Positions 9,678-16,884 of a stretch of DNA of 51,606 nucleotides are shown piece after piece. This stretch comes from Eubacteriales bacterium (GTDB lineage Bacteria; Bacillota; Clostridia; Oscillospirales; JAAYXM01), in contig JAZRPO010000065.1 of assembly GCA_045649265.1 (NCBI GenBank), positions 1 through 51,606 on the forward strand, written 5' to 3'. The notes beneath the pieces are model-generated. The model saw only the letters and a list, made by a program, of their open reading frames with translations, ran no database searches and had not been told where the DNA came from. Position 1 is the stretch's first letter; the number at the start of each line of letters is the position of its first letter. Position numbers and translations under genes: made by a program.

Positions 9678-10526
9678 TTACATAAAATATTCTCTGGGAG
9701 ATACATTCTTATACTTTTTAAATTCTTTATAAAAATGCGAATAGTTTCTAAAACCGGCCATCTCAGCCGCTCGCATAATTCCGATTCCCTGACGCACCAG
9801 TGCATTGACTTTAAGCAATCGCGTGTGGAGAATATATTCCGTCAAGGTCAGACATGTATTTTGGCGAAACACCGTGGACAGGAAATAACGGCTGACAAAG
9901 AACTTGTTCTGGATACTGGAATAACTCAGGTCCTCTGTCAGATTTTCTTTTATGTAACGACATATGGCCAGTACAGTAGAAGTTTTATCGAAACTGTTCG
10001 GCCTGGAAAAACTTTGTTTTTCAAAGCTGTCATATAACGAAAACAAGAGACGCAAAATAAGCAGATGCACACGGGCATTATCCATTGTTGTGAAAGACTC
10101 AGCCTGCGCATCTGTCAATCGGCAGAGTTCAGACACAATCTCCCCAATTTCCTCCTTATTATAGTCTTGAAAAGAACAATGGCTTCCATGGCCGGATAGT
10201 TGCCCATTGAACATTTCCATAAGCGGAAGCTCATGTTCCCAAAACGGAGAAAGTATAGAGGAGGAAAAATAGATAGAGAGTCTCTCATGGGGTCCCTTTT
10301 CTTCAAAACGGAAAGAGTGTAGCATATCCATTCCCATCACAACAATATCGCCATCTGTCAACTGATACAGCTGTCCTTCCAGAGAATACGTGCCGCTTCC
10401 TCTGACAAGGACCATAATCATTGCTGTATCGTTAAAATGGTCTATGCTTGTGTTGTTGTGGGGCTGTTCGTTTTCAACAGTATGGTGAATCAAAAAGTGT
10501 TTTCCGGAAAGCTCGATCCTCGACAT
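9678..10526 (-). CDS. AraC-family transcriptional regulator (cupin sensor + HTH)
   Basis: C-terminal AraC HTH (YSSIQNKFFVSRYFLSTVFRQ...AAEMAGFRNYSHFYKEFKKYKNVSPREY). ATG at 10526 has a gggag RBS; an alternative ATG is at 10550. Confidence 0.8.
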   Translation of the reverse strand: MSRIELSGKHFLIHHTVENEQPHNNTSIDHFNDTAMIMVLVRGSGTYSLEGQLYQLTDGDIVVMGMDMLHSFRFEEKGPHERLSIYFSSSILSPFWEHELPLMEMFNGQLSGHGSHCSFQDYNKEEIGEIVSELCRLTDAQAESFTTMDNARVHLLILRLLFSLYDSFEKQSFSRPNSFDKTSTVLAICRYIKENLTEDLSYSSIQNKFFVSRYFLSTVFRQNTCLTLTEYILHTRLLKVNALVRQGIGIMRAAEMAGFRNYSHFYKEFKKYKNVSPREYFM

Positions 10527-10685
10527 ATTTAGATCTCCCGTCTTCTTCATACAGTTTATTTTTGCAACTACAAAAACATCGGTGTAAAAGAAGTATCTGC
10601 ATTATCTCCGCCTGCTTTAAGGCTTCTTCCCTTATGTATCTTCGCAGTTTTTTTGGCGTATGCGCTGCAATGCGCGCAAAAAGAG

Positions 10686-11618
10686 TTATTCTTCGTAGCA
10701 ATTATATGCGGTCAGAATGCTCTTTCCAATCTCATATCCGAATCTCTGCACGGCTACCTGCAAATCAACCGTCGGATCCAATGCGCGAGTGTCTTTTTCA
10801 TATCTTTTACGAATAAATTTGGCATGGGTATAGAGATTTCCATTACCAAAGCGAACAACGCTGGATGCTTCAAGAGTAAAATATCCGGGAAATTTGATGT
10901 CCAGTAGTGCGTGCATAATCTCATCCCAGTTGACAATTCCCATATACGGGAGCATATGCTCATCTATTTCTCCGCGATTATCGTGAATATGAACTGCTTT
11001 TAAATGGCTGCCCAGCTTGAGAATCTCCTCGTACTGAGATTCTACGCTAATATTTGCATGGCCGACATCCCAGCAAGCCTGTACCAGGGGGTGGTTGGCA
11101 GAATTGACAATCTCCAGCAGCTCATCTGCCGTATGGAAGTACTCACGGTCTACATTTGTGCGGCGAGGCATATTTTCGTAACAAAGCGTTACTCCGGTTT
11201 TCTCTAAAGTCGGAATCAATTTCTTCAGGAATTCAAGATTGCGCTCAATCAGTTCTTCTCTATTGATTCCAAGCTCCCATCCGGGATGAAAAACAGCATT
11301 TTTTATGCCAAGGCGTCCGCAAACCTCCAGACAACGGATCGTAGCTGCGATAAAGAGTTCACGCTTGTCATCCATAGCCAGTGGATTACCCTTGGGGCAG
11401 TGCGCCTGAACAAAACAAAGCCGGTGTTCTTTCGCATAGCTCATCATAGCATCTGCATATTCCTTCCAATCATCCTGCATGAAAACAGAATCTTCCCGCC
11501 CCTCACGGTAAAAAGAAATGTCAATGCTTCGGTAGCCGGCACTTTCCACGAGCTTCAAACGATCCAGCTGCGGAATATTAAAAAAATCATATGCGCCTGT
11601 TGTATTGCAAAGTTTCAT
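10686..11618 (-). CDS. sugar phosphate isomerase/epimerase (xylose-isomerase-like TIM barrel)
   Basis: Start ATG at 11618 preceded by AGGAGG. Motifs HPG, CYEN, CWDVGHA, HIHDN...DEH are typical of the AP_endonuc_2 TIM-barrel family. Confidence 0.8.
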   Translation of the reverse strand: MKLCNTTGAYDFFNIPQLDRLKLVESAGYRSIDISFYREGREDSVFMQDDWKEYADAMMSYAKEHRLCFVQAHCPKGNPLAMDDKRELFIAATIRCLEVCGRLGIKNAVFHPGWELGINREELIERNLEFLKKLIPTLEKTGVTLCYENMPRRTNVDREYFHTADELLEIVNSANHPLVQACWDVGHANISVESQYEEILKLGSHLKAVHIHDNRGEIDEHMLPYMGIVNWDEIMHALLDIKFPGYFTLEASSVVRFGNGNLYTHAKFIRKRYEKDTRALDPTVDLQVAVQRFGYEIGKSILTAYNCYEE

Positions 11619-11946
11619 AATATATTCCTCCTGCAAAATTTTGTATTAAACTAATCTTATCAGCAGTATATCAAAAACCAACAATCTTCTATTTTTTAAT
11701 TATATCAGCTTTCGAAGCTATTGTAAATTTTCATCAAGACAAAAACATTTCATATTTTCAGATTTTCTTATATGTTATCAAGAGGAATGCAAAGAACACC
11801 TGCAAAATTTCCGGCAGCTGTTACCTTAAAATAGGAAAACTTTATCAGCATTAGCATCACCACTTGCAAGAGGCAAAAATGAAGTGACTGCATTGTTAAA
11901 GGCTACTTACTACTTAATGTTGCGCAAGAAACGCTCTACTAAAAAA

Positions 11947-12042
11947 GCATCAATCTTGATACAAGATTGATGCTTTTTTCCAGCACTAATGCTGAATTTT
12001 AATATGGACTAAAAAGCAGTGCATTTTGTTTTGAGAAAAGTT
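11947..12042 (-). repeat. conserved 3'-flank module, copy A (hairpin terminator + about 60-nt conserved segment)
   Basis: gcatcaatctt-gatac-aagattgatgc hairpin, then ttttttccagcactaatgctgaattttaata...aaaaagcagtgcattttgttttgagaaaagtt. Aligns with copies at 12501-12583 and 13322-13384. Confidence 0.6.
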
Positions 12043-12268
12043 CTAACCAATACTCCGTTTCATAACATTCTTTTAAAGCAATTTGCAATTTAGAAATAAA
12101 ATCGTTTTTACTATGGGCATAATTTGCTTCATGAATATTTGCACCTATAGATGTGCTACTACGTTCAAGTTGATTTGTTAGAGAATAATGTCCTCTTATA
12201 CCTTCACATAATTTAATCATCTTAACAGAAAACTCAACAGACAGATTTCTTAATTTTGATTCAGTCAT
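11999..12268 (-). CDS. four-helix-bundle protein (23S rRNA intervening-sequence / Avd-like family), probably 3'-truncated
   Basis: 89 aa with family hallmarks (SIGANIHEANYAHSKNDFISKLQIALKECYETEYWLELF). The C-terminus runs into repeat module A. RBS aaggag upstream. Confidence 0.65.
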   Translation of the reverse strand: MTESKLRNLSVEFSVKMIKLCEGIRGHYSLTNQLERSSTSIGANIHEANYAHSKNDFISKLQIALKECYETEYWLELFSKQNALLFSPY

Positions 12269-12322
12269 ATCACATCAACTCCTTAGAATTATTATAGCTC
12301 ATATATTTACTATTGTATACAA

Positions 12323-12470
12323 GTGAAATATCAACTCCGTTGATGTGAAATAATTTCTATCGAAATTGTGAAATTTGATGCTTTGCATCAAGTGAAATGA
12401 AATAAATCCACACGCCGCAAGGCGTATTTCACATTGCGCAGCAATATTTCACGCCCAAAGAGTATTTCAC
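12323..12470. repeat. inverted heptamer array: 4x GTGAAAT then 3x ATTTCAC, separated by short unrelated hairpins
   Basis: GTGAAAT at 12323, 12345, 12368 and 12392 (spacing 22-24 nt). ATTTCAC at 12426, 12446 and 12464 (spacing 18-20 nt). Spacers are mini-palindromes: atcaac/gttgat, aatttc/gaaatt, ttgatgc/gcatcaa, acgcc/ggcgt, attgc/gcaat. Confidence 0.7.
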
Positions 12471-12500
12471 AAATCCGATCAGGATTTATTTTGTTAAAAA

Positions 12501-12583
12501 GACGGTAGATTTCAATAGAAATCTACCGTCTTTTCTGGCACTAACGGTCAATTTTAATACTACCGAAAAAACGGTGCATTTTT
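12501..12583 (-). repeat. conserved 3'-flank module, copy B (hairpin terminator + conserved segment)
   Basis: gacggtagatttc-aata-gaaatctaccgtc hairpin, then ttttctggcactaacggtcaattttaata...cgaaaaaacggtgcattttt. Same architecture and flanks as copy A, but a different hairpin sequence. Confidence 0.6.
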
Positions 12584-12611
12584 GAAAAAGATTAGTTCAT
12601 AGCGAACTAAT
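12584..12611 (-). terminator. intrinsic terminator of the lipoprotein gene
   Basis: gattagttc-atagc-gaactaatc 9-bp stem overlapping the stop codon. T5 follows on the - strand. Confidence 0.55.
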
Positions 12612-12981
12612 CTACTCTCCTCCATCTTTGGTATTCTCCTGCATTTTCAACAATCACCATATCTGTATTTTCTACTGTGATGTCAAGTGTTAGCTCATTA
12701 CCGTTAAAGTCGAATACTAAAAACTTGTCCTCAAGCAATTTCCATTTGCCACCAGCATCTAACATCCCCAATTCCATAGTATAAAAAGTGGAATCTTCCT
12801 CAAAAATCACATATGCCTTTTCATCATCAGACAATGTTTCGTCAAACTCTGCTCCATTGGCTGAGTTTGAATAATTACTCATTTCCCATTTACCAACTAA
12901 CGAAAAGGCTCTATCATTATTGCAGCCTGCTATCGAAAAACAAAATATACCAACGAGAAGCAATACAATCAGTTTTTTCAC
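12607..12981 (-). CDS. small secreted lipoprotein, lipocalin-like, function unknown
   Basis: 124 aa. Signal with lipobox MKKLIVLLLVGIFCFSIAGC. GKWEM / GGKWKL repeats are typical of lipocalin-like small lipoproteins. AT-rich codon usage. Confidence 0.65.
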   Translation of the reverse strand: MKKLIVLLLVGIFCFSIAGCNNDRAFSLVGKWEMSNYSNSANGAEFDETLSDDEKAYVIFEEDSTFYTMELGMLDAGGKWKLLEDKFLVFDFNGNELTLDITVENTDMVIVENAGEYQRWRRVD

Positions 12982-13066
12982 TTAATTCACCCCCCCTCTT
13001 TATCTAATGTATACATTATATGACCTAAAAGTCTACTTGTCAAGTATAAAGTTATATTAAAATGTA

Positions 13067-13082
13067 AACATTATATAATGTT
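13067..13082. promoter_or_regulatory. perfect 16-bp palindrome overlapping a TATAAT box; candidate operator of the adjacent XRE gene
   Basis: AACATTATATAATGTT lies 18 nt upstream of the XRE start codon. A related half-site, acattatat, is at 13013-13021. Confidence 0.4.
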
Positions 13083-13099
13083 AAAGTGAGATTAAAAAA

Positions 13100-13306
13100 A
13101 TGAAACTAAGAATATTGGAAATTTTAAAGGAAAAGAACAAAACAAAATATTGGTTATATATGCAAATGGGTTTAAGTTATCAAAATTTTAATAAAATGGT
13201 GAATAACCAAACAACTGCAATTAAATTTGAAAACCTATATTCACTATGTCAGATTTTAGAGTGTACCCCAAATGATTTATTCGAAGATTTTCATACAAAA
13301 AATTGA
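13100..13306 (+). CDS. XRE/Cro-C1 family helix-turn-helix protein (68 aa)
   Basis: MKLRILEILKEKNKTKYWLYMQMGLSYQNFNKMVNNQTTAIKFENLYSLCQILECTPNDLF is a typical single-domain HTH_XRE. Confidence 0.8.
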   Translation: MKLRILEILKEKNKTKYWLYMQMGLSYQNFNKMVNNQTTAIKFENLYSLCQILECTPNDLFEDFHTKN

Positions 13307-13321
13307 TTTACTTATAGTTAC

Positions 13322-13384
13322 TAAAAAATGCACCGCTTTTCGGAATTGAAACGAAAAAGCGATGCATTTTGTTTTGAGAAAAGT
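13322..13384 (+). repeat. conserved 3'-flank module, copy C (both halves present as an inverted repeat; acts as the XRE terminator)
   Basis: aaaatgcaccgcttttcg-gaattgaaa-cgaaaaagcgatgcatttt followed by gttttgag. Positions 13353-13384 match 12011-12042 at 30 of 32 nt. Confidence 0.6.
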
Positions 13385-13500
13385 TAAGATTGAATTTACA
13401 TTTGTATTTACAGCAATAAAAACTATATTTTTTCTATTATGTATTTCACCCAAAAACTAATCTTTTTTTGAAAGTCCTTTATTTAAGCGATTTTGAGCAA

Positions 13501-13538
13501 AGAAAAAGAAGCGTAACTTTGTATCAAAATTACGCTTC
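13501..13538 (-). terminator. intrinsic terminator downstream of the tRNA pair
   Basis: gaagcgtaa...ttacgcttc stem with a gtatc-centred loop. T-run on the - strand. Confidence 0.55.
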
Positions 13539-13543
13539 TTCTA

Positions 13544-13629
13544 TGGTGGAGGAGGGTGGATTCGGACCACCGAAGTCGAAAGACAACAGATTTACAGTCT
13601 GCCCCCTTTGGCCGCTCGGGAACTCCTCC
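13544..13629 (-). tRNA. tRNA-Tyr (GTA), long variable arm, CCA encoded
   Basis: Reverse complement is GGAGGAGTTCCCGAGCGGCCAAAGGGGGCAGACTGTAAATCTGTTGTCTTTCGACTTCGGTGGTCCGAATCCACCCTCCTCCACCA. It folds as a cloverleaf with anticodon loop CTGTAAA. Confidence 0.9.
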
Positions 13630-13638
13630 ATATATTGC

Positions 13639-13714
13639 TGGAGCTGGTAATAGGACTTGAACCTACAACCTGCTGATTACAAATCAGCTGCTCTGCCAAT
13701 TGAGCTATACCAGC
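13639..13714 (-). tRNA. tRNA-Thr (TGT), CCA encoded
   Basis: Reverse complement is GCTGGTATAGCTCAATTGGCAGAGCAGCTGATTTGTAATCAGCAGGTTGTAGGTTCAAGTCCTATTACCAGCTCCA. Anticodon stem GCTGA/TCAGC, loop TTTGTAA. Confidence 0.9.
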
Positions 13715-13732
13715 ATTTTTAACAGCCTATAA

Positions 13733-13761
13733 ATAATATCAAAAAATCTTTGCTTTGTCAA
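13733..13761 (-). promoter_or_regulatory. promoter of the tRNA-Thr/tRNA-Tyr unit
   Basis: - strand TTGACA (13761-13756), 17 nt, TATTAT (13738-13733), about 20 nt upstream of the tRNA-Thr 5' end. Confidence 0.55.
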
Positions 13762-13808
13762 CTGTTTTTCCGAAAATTTTTATTTAACGAAAAAGTTTTG
13801 CCCAACAC

Positions 13809-15164
13809 CTATTCAAGCGCATGAATTTTCCTGAAGGTCTTCGAAAGGAAAACAAGACACAAAATAAGAGAAGCCACCTCTGCAATCGGGAAAGCAAACC
13901 ATACGAGGTTTAACACTCCTGCCTTTGACAGAAGCCATGCCGCCGGGATAAGGACAACAAGCTGGCGACAGATTGATATAAAGAGCGAGTGCATCGGATT
14001 TCCGATTGCCTGACAGACGGTGTTTACAATGATGCAAAATCCCGCAATTGCAAAGTGAGTTGCAATTATCCGAAGTGCAGGCACTCCCAGTTCAAGCATC
14101 TCCTGCGATGCGTTGAAAAATCCGAGAAGCTGCATCGGGAAGAGCTCAAATATAAGCGTTCCCACCGCCATAACCGTCATTGCGGAAATTATCGAAAGAG
14201 TTATGGTTTTTTTCACTCTACCCGCATTTTTCGCGCCGTAGTTATAAGAAATTATGGGGATCATTCCGTTATTAAGCCCGAAAACCGGCATAAAAATAAA
14301 GCTTTGAAGCTTGAAATACGCTCCGAAAACCGCAGTCGCAGTTGTTGAAAATCCAAGAAGAATTTTGTTGAGTGAGAAATTCATAACCGAGCCGACAGAC
14401 TGCATAAGAATTGACGGAAACCCGATTTTGTAAATTTTTGCTGCAATTTCCCTGTCAAAACGAATTTTCGAAAAAGAAATCTTTACTTCCTTGTTAACCT
14501 TCATATTTATTATGAGAGCAATTAACGCAGCAATTATCTGCCCCAAAACGGTTGCAATGGCTGCACCGGAAACTCCGAGCTTCGGCGCGCCCAGAAGCCC
14601 GAAAATTAGTATGGGGTCAAGAATAATATTTATAACTGCACCGATGAGCTGTGTAATCATTGCAAGCCCGGTTTTTCCCGTTGACTGCAAAAGCCTTTCA
14701 AAACAGAACTGAAAGAAAATCCCAAACGAAAAGATAAGACAAATGCTTGAATAAGCAGTTCCGTGTTCAACTATCTCCGCAACATTTGTCATAAGCGAAA
14801 AGAATGGGCGCGTTAAAAACATACCGATAAGCGCACAGACAACAGCAGAAAAAAAGCAAAGAATCATTCCGGTATTTGCCGATTTTTCAACTGTTTCACT
14901 GTCCTTTTCTCCAAGAGCACGGGAGAGGATTGCGTTCATACCGAGCGAAGTTCCGCCGCCGAATGCAATCATAATATTCTGTAAGGGAAATGCAAGCGAC
15001 ACCGCACTCAGCGCATTTTCCGAAATTCTTGAAACGAAGATGCTGTCAACAACATTATAAAATGCCTGAACGAGCATCGAAATCATCATCGGGATTGCCA
15101 TTCCTGCAAGAAGCCTTCCAACAGGAAGCACTCCCATTTTATTTTCGTGAATAGTATTTTCCAT
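13809..15164 (-). CDS. MATE-family multidrug efflux transporter
   Basis: 12-TM protein with the typical MATE N-terminus (PVGRLLAGMAIPMMISMLVQAFYNVVDSIFVS). Start uncertain: ATG at 15164 or TTG at 15197. Confidence 0.85.
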   Translation of the reverse strand: MENTIHENKMGVLPVGRLLAGMAIPMMISMLVQAFYNVVDSIFVSRISENALSAVSLAFPLQNIMIAFGGGTSLGMNAILSRALGEKDSETVEKSANTGMILCFFSAVVCALIGMFLTRPFFSLMTNVAEIVEHGTAYSSICLIFSFGIFFQFCFERLLQSTGKTGLAMITQLIGAVINIILDPILIFGLLGAPKLGVSGAAIATVLGQIIAALIALIINMKVNKEVKISFSKIRFDREIAAKIYKIGFPSILMQSVGSVMNFSLNKILLGFSTTATAVFGAYFKLQSFIFMPVFGLNNGMIPIISYNYGAKNAGRVKKTITLSIISAMTVMAVGTLIFELFPMQLLGFFNASQEMLELGVPALRIIATHFAIAGFCIIVNTVCQAIGNPMHSLFISICRQLVVLIPAAWLLSKAGVLNLVWFAFPIAEVASLILCLVFLSKTFRKIHALE

Positions 15165-15232
15165 GTTTTTTGCTATGTATCCTTTCAAGGTCCTCAACTA
15201 ACCGTTATCTATTACGGTTTTTATACAGTATG

Positions 15233-15661
15233 TTATTTCTTTGAGCAGCAATTTTCGCAGTCGTGGTCGCAGAGACCGAGCCCTGATGTATCTCTGCCCT
15301 GGCTCTTATAGTAGTCTGCGATTGCTGAACGGATTGCCTCCTCTGCAAGGACAGAGCAGTGAAGCTTCTCAGGCGGAAGCCCGTCAAGCGCCTCGGCAAC
15401 TGCCTTGTTTGTAAGCTTAAGAGCTTCTTCGATAGTTTTACCCTTGACCATTTCGGTCGCCATTGATGATGTTGCTACTGCAGCTCCGCAGCCGAATGTC
15501 TTAAACGAAACGTCTAAAATAACATCATTTTCAATCTTCATATATATTTTCATAATATCTCCGCACTTGGAGTTTCCTACCTGCCCTATGGCATTTGCGC
15601 CTTCAAGCTCGCCGACATTACGCGGATTTGAAAAATGGTCCAAAACTTTTTCGCTGTACAT
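15233..15661 (-). CDS. nifU: Fe-S cluster assembly scaffold (NifU N-terminal/IscU type) with a Cys-rich C-terminal tail
   Basis: [16 protein letters not shown]...[12 protein letters not shown]...[14 protein letters not shown]...LHCSVLA. Extra tail [15 protein letters not shown] aaaggag. Confidence 0.9.
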   Translation of the reverse strand: MYSEKVLDHFSNPRNVGELEGANAIGQVGNSKCGDIMKIYMKIENDVILDVSFKTFGCGAAVATSSMATEMVKGKTIEEALKLTNKAVAEALDGLPPEKLHCSVLAEEAIRSAIADYYKSQGRDTSGLGLCDHDCENCCSKK

Positions 15662-15705
15662 ATCTTTCTCCTTTTTTTACTTAGTTTTCATAAAAACCAG
15701 ACTTT

Positions 15706-16872
15706 TTATTCTTCCCACATCGGTTTTCCGTTTTCCCATACGGGCGACATTGCGCGAAGCCTCTCCGCAACCTTTCTGACCGCTTTGGCTATTATAAGCT
15801 CATCGCCCTCGGCATTGTCCTCACCGAGAGATAATCGAAGAGAGCCATGAGCAATATGATGCGGAAGCCCTATTGCAAGAAGCACGTGTGATGGGTCAAG
15901 AGATCCGGAAGAACAGGCAGAGCCTGAGCTTGCGCAGATTCCCTCATTGAACATATTAAGCAGCAGTGCCTCGCCCTCTATTCCCTCAACAATCATGCTT
16001 GCAAGTCCGGGCAGGCGATTTTTCCTGTCTCCCGTTATGCGGGTATATGGAATTTTCTCAACCTCTGCTATTAATCTGTCGCGCATTGCGGAAAGCCTTT
16101 TAATGTTTTCCTCCATATTCGCCTCTGCAAGGCGAGCCGCCTCGCCGAGACCAACAATATACGGAACATTTTCCGTTCCTGCACGGCGGCCTCGTTCCTG
16201 ACCACCGCCGCTGATAAGAGCATCAAGCTTTATCCCCGTACGAACATAAAGCGCGCCAACACCCTTTGGCGCCCCGATTTTATGGCCGGAAAGAGAGAGA
16301 AGGTCAATATTCATCTCGTCAACATTCATCGGAATATGTCCATATGCCTGAACTGCATCAGTGTGGAACAAAATCTCCCTTTCCTTTGCAATTTTTCCGA
16401 TTTCAGCAATCGGCTGAATTGTTCCTATCTCGTTATTTGCCGTCATTACGGATATAAGGATTGTATCCTTCCTTATAGCATTTGAAACGTTCTCAGGAGA
16501 AACTCTTCCCATTTCATCAACCGGCAGATATGTCACGGAAAATCCCTTTTTTTCAAGAGCCTTGCAGGTGTTGAGCACTGCCGGATGCTCAATTGATGAT
16601 GTGATTATATGCCCCTTTTCAAAGCGCGAGGCAACTCCGCGGATTGCCCAGTTGTCTGACTCGCTTCCGCAGCTTGTAAAAAATATTTCGCGCGCCTTTG
16701 CACCTATAACACGTGCAACGCTTGCCCGTGCCTCATCTACTGCGGCCTTTGCAGAATATGCAAAGGCATAAAGGCTTGACGGGTTTCCGTATTGCTCAGT
16801 GAAATACGGCATCATTTTTTCTATTACCTCCGGCTTAACTCTTGTTGTCGCCGAATTATCTGCATATATCAT
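15706..16872 (-). CDS. nifS: cysteine desulfurase (NifS type)
   Basis: PLP-lysine context SLSGHKIGAPKGVGALY and active-site loop SSGSACSS. ATG at 16872 lies 9 nt after AGGAG. Confidence 0.9.
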   Translation of the reverse strand: MIYADNSATTRVKPEVIEKMMPYFTEQYGNPSSLYAFAYSAKAAVDEARASVARVIGAKAREIFFTSCGSESDNWAIRGVASRFEKGHIITSSIEHPAVLNTCKALEKKGFSVTYLPVDEMGRVSPENVSNAIRKDTILISVMTANNEIGTIQPIAEIGKIAKEREILFHTDAVQAYGHIPMNVDEMNIDLLSLSGHKIGAPKGVGALYVRTGIKLDALISGGGQERGRRAGTENVPYIVGLGEAARLAEANMEENIKRLSAMRDRLIAEVEKIPYTRITGDRKNRLPGLASMIVEGIEGEALLLNMFNEGICASSGSACSSGSLDPSHVLLAIGLPHHIAHGSLRLSLGEDNAEGDELIIAKAVRKVAERLRAMSPVWENGKPMWEE

Positions 16873-16884
16873 TAGTTTCAACTC

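Noticed and set aside
12323-12470. CRISPR array.
   Set aside because: The conserved unit is only 7 bp and the array switches orientation midway. Spacers are 11-27 bp and self-complementary. No cas genes are in the window.
11999-12500. Possible diversity-generating retroelement, since the four-helix-bundle protein is Avd-like and lies next to a repeat-rich region.
   Set aside because: There is no reverse-transcriptase ORF anywhere in the window. There is no template/variable repeat pair with adenine-specific differences. The repeats are 7-mers and hairpins, not roughly 100-bp TR/VR.
11988-13380. Micro-ORFs starting MH(R/C)F inside the repeat modules. They are MHCFLVHIKIQH (- strand, 12023-11988), MHRFFGSIKIDR (- strand, 12578-12543) and two 19-codon versions in copy C.
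   Set aside because: There is no Shine-Dalgarno sequence before any copy. Differences between copies fall on all codon positions rather than mainly on synonymous sites. Nucleotide-level or structural conservation is the simpler reading. Ribosome profiling could revisit this.
11947-13384. Integron-like cassette array, with the shared 3' modules acting as attC sites.
   Set aside because: There is no IntI-type integrase or attI nearby. I could not find the RYYYAAC / GTTRRRY core pairs. One cassette is inverted relative to the others. The observation is kept as a finding, but not under the integron label.
13468-13650. 60-aa + strand ORF (MKVLYLSDFEQRK...GGFGPPKSK...).
   Set aside because: It is the antisense reading of tRNA-Tyr and the tRNA-Thr 3' end. 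The tRNA cloverleaves explain the sequence.
15233-15280. Cys-rich tail ([12 protein letters not shown]) on NifU/IscU, considered as a separate metal-binding micro-domain or a fused peptide.
   Set aside because: It is continuous with the IscU frame and has no internal start. Short Cys-rich tails occur in clostridial NifU-like scaffolds. It is not distinctive enough to report as a finding.
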